Shown: positions 51,127-62,955, counted from the stretch's first letter. The stretch: 64,000 nt of DNA from Malacoraja senta (GCA_038087875.1 CM075995.1:6760001-6824000), one strand, 5' to 3'. The notes: a model not told the origin generated them from the letters alone. Program-made: numbers and translations.

Positions 51127-51485
51127 AAGGCCAGGATAGAGTGGATGTGGAGAGGATGTTTCCACTGGTGGGAGAGTCTAGGACTAGAGGTCACAGCCTC
51201 AGAATTAAAGGACGTTCCTTTAGGAAGGAGATGAGGAGGAATTTCTTTAGTCAGAGGGTGGTGAATCTGTGGAATTCATTGGCACAGAAGGCTGTGGAGG
51301 CCAAGTCAGTGGATATTTTTAAGGCAGAGATAGATAGATTCTTGATTAGCATGGGTGTCAGGTGTTATGAGTCGAAGGCAGGAGAATGGGGTTAGGAGGG
51401 AGAGATAGATCAGCCGTGATTGAATGGCGGAGTAGACTTGAAGGGCGGAATGGCCTAATTCTGCTCCTATCACTTATGACCTTGT
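51127..51485 (+). mobile_element. CR1 3' fragment
   Basis: Peptide DRVDVERMFPLVGESRTRGHSLRIKG...WNSL. Confidence 0.9.
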
Positions 51486-52449
51486 GATCTAACTCATTAT
51501 TCCGTGTTCATTCTGACCAGCGCACTTGGGACATCCTTGTGGCACCACCTGGAGGCCAGCCATGGAATTTGCAGACACATTCAGCCTTTCTAATCCGTCA
51601 ACAATTCCAAACATCCGCTTTTGACGGAGCATCTGGGGAAGAAACATAGAAAACATAGAAAATAGGTGCAGGAGTAGCCAAAGGGATCCGAATAAGCCAT
51701 TTAGAACGGGGATGAGGAAAAACCTTTTCTCACAGAGAGTTGTGAGCCTGTGGAATTCTCTGCCTCAGAAGGCTGTGGAGGCAGGTTCGCTGGATGCTTT
51801 CAAGAGAGAGTTAGATAGAGCTCTTAAAGATAGCGGAGTCAGGGGATATGGGGAAAAGGCAGGAACGGGGTACTGATTGTGAATGATCAGCCATGATCAC
51901 ATTGAATGGCGGTGCTGGCTCGAAGGGCCGAATGGCCTACTCCTGCACCTATTGTCTATTGTTGTGTAGGAAGGAACTGCAGATGCTGGTATAAAGCAAA
52001 GATCGACACAAATGCTGGAGTAACTCAGCGGATCAGGCAGCATCTCTGGAGAGAAGGAATGGGTGACGTTTTGGGTTGAGACCCTCAGTCTCCAGTATTT
52101 TGTGTCTATCTTCGGACATTATTGTGTTGTCAAATATCAGAGGGTGGCACGGTGGTACAGCGGTAGAGTTGCTGCCTTTACGGCGCCAGAGACCCCGGTT
52201 CAATTCTGACTACGGGTGCAGTCTTTACGGAGTTTGTACGTTCTCCCCGTGACCCGCATTGGTTTCCTCCAGTTTCATCCCACACTCCAAAGACCTACAG
52301 GTTTGATGTAAATGTAAATTGTCTCTAACATGTGTAGTTTGCTGCTGGTGTACGGGGATCGCTGGTCGGCCCGAACTCGGTGGGGGAAGGGCCTGTTCCC
52401 GCACTGTATCTCTGAACTAAACTAAATTACAATTTACAATTTACAGAGT

Positions 52450-53005
52450 GATCGAGTCATACAGCGTGGAAACAGGCACTTCAGCCCAACTTGCCCACAC
52501 CAACCAACATGTCCCAGTTGCACTAGTCCCACCTGCCTGGGTTTGGCCCATATCCCTCTAAACCTGTTGTATTCATGTACCTGTCTAACTGTTTCTTAAA
52601 CGTTGCGATAGTCCCTGCTTCAACTACCTCCTCTGACAGCTCGTTCCATACACCCACCACCCTTTATGTCAAAGAGTTACCCCTCAGATTCCTATCAAAT
52701 CTTTCATCGTTCACCTTAAACCTATGTCCTCTGGTTCTCGTTTCCCCTACTCTGGGCGAGAGACTCTGTTCGTTTACCTGATCTATTCCTCTCAGGAATT
52801 TTATACAACTCTATAAGATCACCCCTCATCTTCCAGCGCTCCAAGGAAAAGAGTCCTAGCCTGCTCAACCTTTCCCTATAGCTCAGTCCCTCCAGTCCTG
52901 GCAACATCCTCGTAATCTTCTCTGAACCCTTTCCAGCGTGACAACTTCTTTCCTAAAACATGATGAACAAAACGGAACACAATACTCTAAATGTGGCCTC
53001 ACCAA
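52450..53005 (-). mobile_element. CR1 (HER1-type) 3' fragment
   Basis: Peptides [10 protein letters not shown] and LSYRERLSRLGLFSLE. Confidence 0.88.
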
Positions 53006-53012
53006 CGTTCGG

Positions 53013-53328
53013 TTTAGTTTAGTGTAGTTTAGTTTAGAGATACAGCACGGAAACAGGCCCTTCGGCCCACCGGGTCCGCGCCGACCAACGATTCCCTTAC
53101 ACCAGCACTCTCCTACACACACTAAGGACAATTTACAATATTACCAAAGCCAATTAACCAACAAACCTGTACGTCTTTGGAATGTGGGAGGAAACCGGAG
53201 CATCCAGAGAAAAGCCACGCGGTCACACGGAGAACGCACACACTGCGTACAGACAGAACTCGTAGTTCGGATCAAACCCGGGTCCCTGGCGCTGTAAGGC
53301 AGCACCTCTACCGCTGCACCACTGTGCC
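53013..53328 (-). mobile_element. HE1-like V-SINE
   Basis: Head, V-domain and tail. An opposite-orientation copy lies at ~52142-52425. Confidence 0.9.
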
Positions 53329-53904
53329 CCCCCTATGTAACGGGTTATATAACTGTAACATGACCTCCCAACCTCTATAGGCATGGTTCTTGTTTTAGAG
53401 TCAGAGAGTGATACAGCGTGGAAACAGGCCATTCGGCCCAACTTGCCCACACCGGCCAACAATGTCCCATCTACACTAGTCCCACCTGCCAGCGTTTTGG
53501 CCCGTATCCTTCCAAACCTGTTCTATCCGTGTAATATGCGTGTATTTTATACTATTCTGAAGAAGGTTTATTTTTGGAACAAGAAACGTCTTTATTCTTA
53601 TACGAAGCGTTGGAATTAACTCTCCCCTCCTGCGCATCCATTCAATGGGTCTTAAAGCCAGGAAAATTCAATATTTGCAGAAAGGGCCGGTTTATTGTTT
53701 TGGCGAGGCAATAAACACGCACTCAATTACCACGCTTTGAAAAAAAGCAGCAGTCGCTGCACAAAAGCACCTGGATTTCAGACGCTACCAGCTGTGAGAA
53801 ATTAAAACAGCTCTGGTCCGCTGGGAATCATTGAGAGAATGATCTGCCCATGAAAGTGCAGTGTGTTAAAATCATTAGAGGAATAGATCGCACAGTGCCT
53901 TCAT

Positions 53905-54350
53905 AGGACAAATGATGAAAGGATGGATTGACTGGGCTTATATTCACTGGAATTTAGAAGGGTGAGAGGGGATCTTAAGGAAACAGAAAATTCTTAAGGG
54001 ATTGGACAGGGCTAGATGCAGGAAAAATGTACCTCGATGTTGGGGGGAGTCCGAACCAGGGGGGGTCACACAGTTTAAGAATAAGGACTGAGGTGAGGAA
54101 AAACTTTATTCACCCAGAGAGTTGTGAATCTGTGGAACTCTCTGCCAACAGAAGGCAGTGGAGGCCGATTCACGGGATGTTTTCAAGAGAGAGTTAGATT
54201 TAGTGCTTAGGGCTAAAGGAATCAGGGGATATGGGAGAAAAGCAGGAACGGGGTACTGATTGTGGATGATCAGCCATGATCATATTGAATGGTGGTGCTG
54301 GATCGAAGGGCCGAATGGCCTACTCCTGCACCTATTTTCTATGTTTCTAT
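53905..54350 (+). mobile_element. CR1 3' fragment
   Basis: CTGGGCTTATATTCACTGGAATTTAGAAGG...GCACCTATTTTCTATG. Confidence 0.85.
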
Positions 54351-54831
54351 ATTCGTTAGTGTTCAATGGTTCAAATGTGCTTTTATTGTGACGTGCGAAC
54401 AGGAAACGTACAGCGAAATTATTTTCTTATAAACAGTGCGGTAGAGTATTGCCACACCATGCCCGATTAGCAAGTGTACAGAAATAGTCGACTGAGCCCA
54501 CGTGCAAGAGACGCCATATTTAGGCGTCAATTCCCAAGTCCAGTCCGTGCTCCAGCTGTTATGAGCGGTGCCAGATCCAGGCGATCCCCAGGCTGCTGCA
54601 GGGCCTCCAGCCATCGCCTTCCTTGGTCGACCAGTGACCCCACGTCCCTCTCCTCTCCTCGCCCGTCCACCTTTGTTCCCCGGGGGAGTGGGAGCCTCCC
54701 GCAGCCGCGACCTCGAGGGCGTGGTGGGCCAGATCCCGGTTCCCTCTCCACTCCTCCGGCCTCACTCCTCGCCCCTCCCGTCTGTCGCCATCGCCGGCTC
54801 CATCCTCCCACTCCCTGGTCTTCGGGGGACC

Positions 54832-56090
54832 AGCAGGGGCCAACTCGGCGGCACCCCCTGTTGGCCGCGGCTCACCGGGCCCTATGTGCAGGGGCCAGCT
54901 CGGTGGCTCCCCCTGTTGGCCGTGGCTCACCGGGCCCTATGTGCAGGGGCCAGCTCGGCGGCTCCCCTGTTGGCCGCGGCTCACCGGGCCCTATGTGCAG
55001 GGGCCAGCTCGGTGGCTCCCCCTGTTGGCCGCGGCTCACCGGGCCCTATGTGCAGGGGCCAGCTCGGTGGCTCCCCCTGTTGGCCGTGGCTCACCGGGCC
55101 CTATGTGCAGGGGCCAGCTCGGCGGCTCCCCTGTTGGCTGCGGCTCACCGGGCCCTATGTGCAGGGGCCAGCTCGGTGGCTCCCCCTGTTGGCCGCGGCT
55201 CACCGGGCCCTATGTGCAGGGGCCAGCTCGGCGGCACACCCTGCAGGCCGCGGCTCACCGGGCCCTATGTGCAGGGGCCAGCTCGGTGGCTCCCCCTGTT
55301 GGCCGTGGCTCACCGGGCCCTATGTGCAGGGGCCAGCTCGGCGGCTACCCCTGCAGGCCGCGGCTCACCGGGCCCTATGTGCAGGGGCCAGCTCGGCGGC
55401 ACCCCCTGTTGGCCGCGGCTCACCGGGCCCTATGTGCAGGGGCCAGCTCGGTGGCTCCCCTGTTGGCCGCGGCTCACCGGGCCCTATGTGCAGGGGCCAG
55501 CTCGGTGGCTCCCCTGTTGGCCGCGGCTCACCGGGCCCTATGTGCAGGGGCCAGCTCGGTGGCTCCCCTGTTGGCCGCGGCTCACCGGGCCCTATGTGCA
55601 GGGGCCAGCTCGGTGGCTCCCCTGTTGGCCGCGGCTCACCGGGCCCTATGTGCAGGGGCCAGCTCGGTGGCTCCCCCTGTTGGCCGCGGCTCACAGGGCC
55701 CTATGTGCAGGGGCCAGCTCGGCGGCATTCCCTGCAGGCCGCGGCTCACCAGGCCCTATGTGCAGGGGCCAGCTCGGTGGCTCCCCCTGTTGGCAGGGGC
55801 CAGCTCGGTGGCTCCCCTGTTGGCAGGGGCCAGCTCGGTGGCTCCCCCTGTTGGCAGGGGCCAGCTCGGTGGCTCCCCCTGTTGGCAGGGGCCAGCTCGG
55901 TGGCTCCCCCTGTTGGCAGGGGCCAGCTCGGTGACTCCCCCTGTTGGCAGGGGCAGCTCGGTGGCTCCCCCTGTTGGCCGCGGCTCACCGGGCCCTATGT
56001 GCAGGGGTCGGCTCGGCGGCTCCCCCTGCAGGCCACGGCTCGCCAGGCCCTATGTGCAGGTGCCAGCTCGGTGGCTCCCCCTGCAGGCTG
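54832..56090. repeat. GC-rich minisatellite (54-55 bp unit with a block of 30-31 bp deletion units)
   Basis: Unit GGCCGCGGCTCACCGGGCCCTATGTGCAGGGGCCAGCTCGGTGGCTCCCC(C)TGTT. About 17 full units, then 6 short units, then 2 full units. Confidence 0.97.
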
Positions 56091-56218
56091 CGATCCGCCA
56101 GTAGCTTCACCCTTATCCTTATACAAAACACACTTGCCACTCCTGTGGTCCCCTGAGGTAATATCGCTTCCCTTGTTTGAGGGATGTCTCCGCCACACCC
56201 TGCCACCCCCCCCCCCAT

Positions 56219-56978
56219 ATCCAGCAGCGGAAGGACCCTAGACTGTGGTCCTCCCCCACAGAGCCTTGGCGTTGGCTGCACCGAGCTTCAGTGCGTCCCT
56301 CAGCACGTACTCCTGCAGTCTGGAGCTCCATCCAAGCCCCGAGAGATATTGCAGAGTTGTGGACCGTCACACAAACCAACTTCCCTTCCATTGACTCCAT
56401 CTACACCTCACGCTGCCTCGGCAAGGCCAGCAGCGTAATCAAGGACCAGTCGCACCCCGGCCACTCCCCTCTTCTCCCCTCTCCCATTGGGCCAAAAGGT
56501 ACAGAAGTGTGAAAACGCACACCTCCAGATTCGGGGACAGTTTCTTCCCAGCTGTTATCAGGCAACTGAGCCATTCCACCACAACCAGAGAGCAGTCCTG
56601 AACTACTATCTACCTCACTGGAGACCCTTGGACTATCTTTGATCGGACTTTCCTGGACTTTAGCTGGCACTAAATGTTATTCACATTGTTCCCTTATCTG
56701 TGGACGGCTCAATTATAATCATGTGTTGTCTTTCTGCTGACTGGATAGCACGCAACAAAAGCTTTTCACTGTACCTCGGTACACATAGAAAATAGGTGCA
56801 GGAGGAGGCCAGCACCGCCATTCGTTGTGATCATAGTTGATCGTCCCTAATCAATAACCCGTGCCTGCCTTCGCCCCGTATCCCTTGATTCCACGTGACA
56901 ATAAACTAAATTAAACTCAACTCAATCCGCCCCTGCAGTCTGGAATGGGCCAGTTGGCAACATCCCCTGATGGACATC
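56219..56978 (-). mobile_element. Short Tx1 3' fragment split by a Rex1 3' fragment (+, 56325-56931)
   Basis: Both halves match 45825-45965. 13-bp TSD CCTGCAGTCTGGA (56312-56324, 56932-56944). Confidence 0.8.
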
Positions 56979-57357
56979 TGTTTAGTTTAGAGATTCACCC
57001 CAGAAACAGGCCCTTCCTTTAATTTGGAGGCAATTCCAGTGATTCTTGTCAATTCAAAGCGACCAGTTGAGCAAAAGTCGAGCCGCCTCTCATAGTCAAT
57101 ATTTAATACATGAGAAAATGTTACATTCAGAATGGGCGTCACTCAATTCCTGCCCCTTAGGGATATTACACCACAGACAATGGTTCATTGATTCAATGAG
57201 ACTTTATTCTCACCTGTACCTACAGTAGGTACAGGGAAACGCTTTGCATACGACCCGGTAAAATCACACAGCAGACCTCACCTAGTCAACACACAAAGTG
57301 TCGCCACTTTTCTGCTGCTGAAAAGTTGCTGAGAGTTCATCGAACAGCCTTATCTTA

Positions 57358-57905
57358 GAAAACATAGAAAACATGGAAAAATAGGTGCAGGAGTAGGCCA
57401 TTCGGCCCTTTGAGCCAGCACCGCCATTCAATATGATCACGGCTGATCATCCAAAATCAGTACCCCAGTTCCAGCTTTCTCCCCATATCCTTTGATTCCT
57501 TTAGCCCTCAGAGCTAAATCTAACTCTCTCTTGAAAACATCCAGTGAATTGGCCTCCACTGCCTTCTGTGGCAGAGAATTCCACAGATTCACAACTCTCT
57601 GGGCGAAAAGGTTTTTCCTCATCTCAGTCCAAAATGGCCTACCCCCTTGTTCATAAATGGTGTGACCCCTGGTTCTGGACTCCCCCAACATGGGGAACAT
57701 TTTTCCTGCATCTAGTCTGTCCAATCCCTTAAGAATGTAATATATTTCTAGAAGATACCCTCTCATCCTTCTTAATTCCAATGAATACAAGTCCAGTTGA
57801 TCCATTCTTTCATCATATGTCAGTCCTGCCATCCCGGGAATTAACCTGGTGAACCTACGCTGCACTCCCTCAATAGCAAGAATGTCCTTCCTCAAACTAG
57901 GAGAC
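57358..57905 (-). mobile_element. CR1 3' fragment
   Basis: Peptide [22 protein letters not shown]...QRVVNLWNSLP. Confidence 0.9.
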
Positions 57906-58438
57906 CTAGTTTGAGGAAATTTCCCTGAATTTGGAGGAAGAGATGGAAGGTAGGAAAAGAGGGATGAGAGAAGGTAAGAAGTTTCTCCAGAGATGCTGCT
58001 CAACCCGTTGAGTTTCTCCAGCATTCTGTGTCTAACTTAAATATTATTGAAACCACTTTCAATGAGGAAGGAGATGAGGAGGAATTTCTTTAGTCAGAGG
58101 GTGGCGAATCTGTGGAAAACATTGCCACAGAAGGGTGTGGAGGCCAAGTCAATGGGTATTTTGAAAGATAGATTCTTGATTAGTACGGGTGTCAGAGGTT
58201 ATGGGGACAAGGCAGGAGAATGGGGTTAGGAAGGAGAGATAGATCAGCCATAATTCAAGATTCAAGAGAGTCTATTGTCATGTGTCCCAGATAGGACAAT
58301 GAAATTCTTGCTTTGCTTCAACACAACAGAATATAGTTGGCATAAATAAATACAGAACAGATCAGTGTGACCATATACCAATGAATATATTTATATATAT
58401 ATACACACATAAATAAACAGATAAAGTGCAATGGGCTA

Positions 58439-59953
58439 TTAATGATCAGAGTTTTGTTTGAGTAATAGCCTGATGGCTGTGGGGAAGATGCTATTCCTGA
58501 ACCTGGATGTTGCAGATTTCAGGCTCCTGTACCTTCTACCTGAAGGTAGCGGGGAGATGAGTGTGTGGCCAGGGTGGTGTGGGTCCTTGATGATGCTGCC
58601 AGCCTTTTTGAGGCACCGACTGCGATGGATCCCCTCGATGGAAGGGAGGTCAGAGCCGATGATGGACTGGGCAGTGTTGACAACCTTTTTCAGCCTTTTC
58701 CGCTCCTGGGCGCTCAAGTTGCCGAACCAAGCCACGATGCAACCGGTCAGCATGCTCTCTACTGTGCACCTGTAGATGTTCGAGAGAGCCCTCCACGACA
58801 TACCGACTCTCCGTAATCTTCTCAGGAAGTAGAGGCACTGATGTGCTTTATTTATAATTGCATCAGTGTTCTCGGACCAGGAAAGATCTTCAGAGATGTG
58901 CACGCCCAGGAATTTGAAGCTCTTGACCCTCTCCACCATCGACCCGTTGATATAAATGGGACTGTGGGTCCCCATCCTACGCCTTCCAAAGTCCACAATC
59001 AGTTCCTTGGTTTTGCTGGTGTTGAGAGCCAGGTTATTGTGCTGGCACCGTTTGGTCAGTCGGTCGATCTCTCTTCCATACTCTGACTCGTCTCCATCAG
59101 TGATACGTCCCACAACAGTGGTGTCGTCGGCGAACTTGATGATGGAGTTCGCACTATGACCGGCTACACAGTCATGAGTATAGAGTGAGTGCAGCAGGGG
59201 GCTGAGCACGCAGCCTTGAGGTGCTCCCGTGCTGATTGTTATCGACGTTGACACATTTCCACCAATATGAACAGACTGTGGTCTGTGAATGAGGAATGCG
59301 AGGATCCAATTACCCAGTTCTGAGAGTTTGGTCACCAGCTTGGAGGGGTTGATTGTGTTAAATGCCGAGCTGTAGTCAATGAATAACAGCCTGACATATG
59401 AGCTTTTGTTGTCCAAGCAGTCCAGAGCGGAGTGGAGAGCCAGCGAGATCGCATCCACCGTTGATCTGTTGTGGCGGTAAGCGAACTGCAGTGGGTCCAG
59501 GTTTTTGTTGAGGTAGGAGTTGATTTGAGCCATGATCAACCTCTCAAAGCACTTCATCACCACCGACGTTAGTGCCACAGGTCGATAGTCATTGAGGCAC
59601 GTCACCTTGCTCTTCTTGGGCACTGGTATAATTGATGCCCTTTTAAAGCAGGTGGGAACCTCAGACCTCAGAAGTGAGAGGTTGAAAATGTCCGTAAAAA
59701 CTCCAGCCAGTTGGTCCGCACAGGTTTTTAGAACACGACTGGGTATGCCATCAGGACCAGGCGCTTTCCGTGGGTTCACTCCTCTGAAGGATTTCCTGAC
59801 GTCGACCTCTGTGACCGTGACTGATATACCATCACAGCGAATGGAGGCTCGAGAAGGCACATCAGTGTTCTCCCTATCAAAGCGTGCGTAAAACGCATTG
59901 AGCTCGTCAGGGAGTGATGTTTCGCTGACATTCGAGCTACCTCCTGATTGCAT
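58439..59953 (-). pseudogene. Rex1/Babar reverse transcriptase reading frame (504 aa open, not a full-length ORF)
   Basis: Motifs [43 protein letters not shown] and FKFLG. Frameshifted upstream, no endonuclease domain, and a 6-codon in-frame deletion relative to the 25817 copy. Confidence 0.92.
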
Positions 59954-60305
59954 TCAGGCCCCGCCACAGCTGCCGAACATCATTCTCATCCTCCAGCTTG
60001 GAGCAGAAGTCCCCTTCGACCTTTTTGATGACCTCACTAAGGTCGTATCTGGTCTTCTTAGAAACATAGAAAATAGGTGCAGGAGGAGGCCATTCGGCCC
60101 TTCGAGCCAGCACCGCCATTCATTGTGATCATGGCTGATCGTCCCCTATCAATAACCCGTGCCTGCCTTCTCCCCATATCCCTTGACTCCACTAGCCCCT
60201 AGAGCTCTATCTAACTCTCTCTTAAATCCATCCAGTGACTTGGCCTCCACTGCCCTCTGTGGCAGGGAATTCCATAAATGCTGTACTGTTCTATTTACTA
60301 TGTTC

Positions 60306-60308
<3 letters not shown>

Positions 60309-60365
<57 letters not shown>

Positions 60366-60408
60366 TGTGTGAGTGTGTGTGTGTGTGTGTGAGTGTGAGT
60401 GTGTGTGT

Positions 60409-60461
<53 letters not shown>

Positions 60462-60466
60462 TGTGT

Positions 60467-60510
<44 letters not shown>
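60309..60510. repeat. (TG)n/(TGAG) microsatellite within a Rex1 tail
   Basis: Read directly. Confidence 0.98.
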
Positions 60511-60513
<3 letters not shown>

Positions 60514-61483
60514 ATTTAATTTTGTTCTCGTTTATTATATTTACAGTATACTATGTTTACAGATTCTGTTGTGTTGCAGCAAGTAAGAATGTCATTGTTC
60601 TATCTGGGACACATGACAATAAAACACTCTTGTCTCTTGAATTGCTGCTGTCGGAGTGGAGCGATTGCAGATCCATGTCTGTGAACAGCACACACAGAGG
60701 GAGCATAAGTTCATGTGATAGGAGCAGAATTAGACCATTCGGCCCATCAATTCTTCGCTGCCATTCCATCATGGCTGATCTATCTCTCCCTCCTAATCCC
60801 CATTCTCCTGCCTTCTTCCCATAACCCCTGGCACCTCCACTGCCCTCTGTGGCAGAGAATTCCATAAATTCACAACTCACTGGGTGAAAAAGTTTTTTCT
60901 CACCTCAGTCTTAAATGACCCCCCCCTTTATTCTAAGACTGTGGCCCCTGGTTCCGGACTTGCCCAACATTGGGAACATTTTTCCTGCATCTAGCTTCTT
61001 GTAGTCCTCGGTATATTCAGACATGAATGCCCGGTGTCTGGACTTCAGAAGAGTGCGGATCTCATAGTTCATCCAAGGCTTCTGATTGGGAAACACTTGG
61101 AAGGTTTTTGTTGGGCTGCATAATTGACTGGCAGAGGTGACTTGATGGGCTGAATGGCCTAATTCTGATGCTATCACTTATGAAGTTATGAACATGAACC
61201 ACCTGTATCTGTCTGAAGAACGGTCTCGACCTGAGATGTCACCTAATCATTTTCCCCAGAGATGCTGCCTAACCCGCTGAGTTACTCCAGCATTTTGTGT
61301 CCATCTCCCACACAAATGTCTTGTTGCTTCCAGATCCCTTCTTTTCCAAAGCACTAAGCTGCCTTGTGGAAATCTTGGGAATGTTTCCCTTGTAGTGAAC
61401 TTACTGGTCAAGTGCCAGAGGACATAGAGCTGGTTTCCCTTCAGCGTAAACCCTTTCCTATGTTCAGATCAAAGCATCAAGAA

Positions 61484-62010
61484 CGGCACGGTGGCGCAGC
61501 GGTAGAGTTGCTGCCTCACAGCGCCAGAGACCCGGGTTCCATCCCGACTACGGGTGCTGCCTGTACAGAGTTTGCACGTTCTCCCCGTGACCTGCGTGGG
61601 TTTTTCTCCGAGATCTTCGATTCCCTCCCGCACTCCAAAGACGTACAGGTTTGCAGGATAATTGGCTTCGGTAGCAATGTGAAAATTGACCCTAGTGTGT
61701 GTAGGGTAGTGTTAATGTGCGGGGATCGCTGGTCGGTGCGGACTCGGTGGGCTGAAGGGCCTGTTTCCGCGCTGTATCTCTAAAACTTAAAAAAAAACTA
61801 ACACTATCCTACACACACTAGGGACAATTTACATTTTACACCAAGCCAATTAACCTACAAACCTGTACGTCTTTGGAGTGTGGGAGGAAACCGGAGATCC
61901 CGGAGAAAACCCACGCAGGTACAAACTCCGTACAGACAGCACCTGTGGTTAGGATCGAACCCGGGTCTCTGGCGCTGTGAGGCAGCAACTCTACCGCTGC
62001 GCCAGCGTGT
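61484..62010. mobile_element. Tail-to-tail pair of HE1-like SINEs (61484-61785 +, ~61800-62010 -)
   Basis: Two heads face inward and are nearly abutting. Confidence 0.9.
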
Positions 62011-62644
62011 CTGACTTCTGATAAATTCATTAATCAACAGCTGAGAAATATTTAGCTTTGGCATATTGTTAGTTCCATGGACACAGTTGAAGTTAGTTGC
62101 TTTATTTTACTTATGGCATTTTTTGCTTTATGTTAATGATGACATTTAGTTTATACAGGACTCAGAAGAGTTTAAATGGCAATGCCAATCCAGTTCCTGG
62201 AATGGCTGCCAACATCTATTTGAGTAAATGCAAAGTAAATACAGTATTTACTCAGTGGTTAAGGACAGGGTGGACCACAGAAACGGCTTGGTAGGCTGAA
62301 TTCTCAAAAATACCAATCAGCAATCTTTAACATGCCAATTTTAATAAGTGGATTGCATGTTTCAGCGCAGGGAGCCTCTAATGTACAAGGAAGCATCTGC
62401 ACCGAAGTTGGTTTACACCGGATATGGGCACAAAATGCTGGATTAATGCAGCAGATCAGGAAGCATCTCTGGAGAAAAGGAATAGGTGACGTTTCGGGTC
62501 GAGATCCTTCTTCAGACTGATGCAGATACGGGACGCAGGTGGTTACGGGGAGAAGGCAGGAGAATGGGGTGAGATAGATCAGCCACGATTGAATGGTGGA
62601 GTAGACATGATGGGCCGAATGGCCTAATTCTGCTCCTATCACTT

Positions 62645-62955
62645 GACCAGTGGGGTGCCGCAAGGCTCGGTGCTGGGACCCCAGTTGTTTACAATATATA
62701 TTAACGATTTAGACCAGGGAATTAAATGTGACATCTCTAAATTTGCGGATGACACAAAGCTGGGTGGCTGCGTGAGCTGCGAGGAGGATGCTATGAGGCT
62801 GCAGGGAGACTTGGATAGGTTGGATGAGTGGGCAGAAGCGTGGCAGATGCAGTATAATGTGGATAAATGTGAGGTTATCCACTTTGCTGACAAGAACAGG
62901 AAGGCAGATTATTATCTGAATGGTGTCAGATTAGGAAAAGGGGGAGGTGCAACGA
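62645..62955 (+). pseudogene. CR1 reverse transcriptase internal fragment
   Basis: Peptide SGVPQGSVLGPQLFTIYINDL...SKFADDTKLGG...WQMQYNVDKCEVIHF. Confidence 0.93.

Larger units (their letters stand above)
58255..61112 (-). mobile_element. Rex1/Babar LINE (longest copy), split by a CR1/Rex1 composite at ~60059-60994
   Basis: FPNQKPWMN...DYKK (61112-60995) continues as TRYDL...KLE (from 60058 downwards). CTTCTT lies at both junctions. Tail at 58255-58430. Confidence 0.9.

Noticed and set aside
50594..51395. ORFs spanning the poly-X stretch
   Set aside because: Artefacts of the 200-N gap; contiguity across the gap is not established.
54832..56090. CRISPR-like array, or 400-550 aa repeat proteins (ORFs 54474-55934, 54568-56241, 54884-56104)
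   Set aside because: The units are contiguous with no unique spacers, there are no cas genes and the context is vertebrate. The ORFs exist only because the GC-rich unit lacks stop codons.
58439..59953. Functional or domesticated reverse transcriptase gene
   Set aside because: It has an upstream frameshift, a CR1 insertion, no endonuclease domain and an internal deletion in the RT. It is an ordinary decaying Rex1 copy.
62150..62300. Possible host exon after TTATACAG (similar candidates at ~23766-23840 and ~50180-50230)
   Set aside because: No recognisable protein similarity, early stops and no convincing donor-acceptor pairing.
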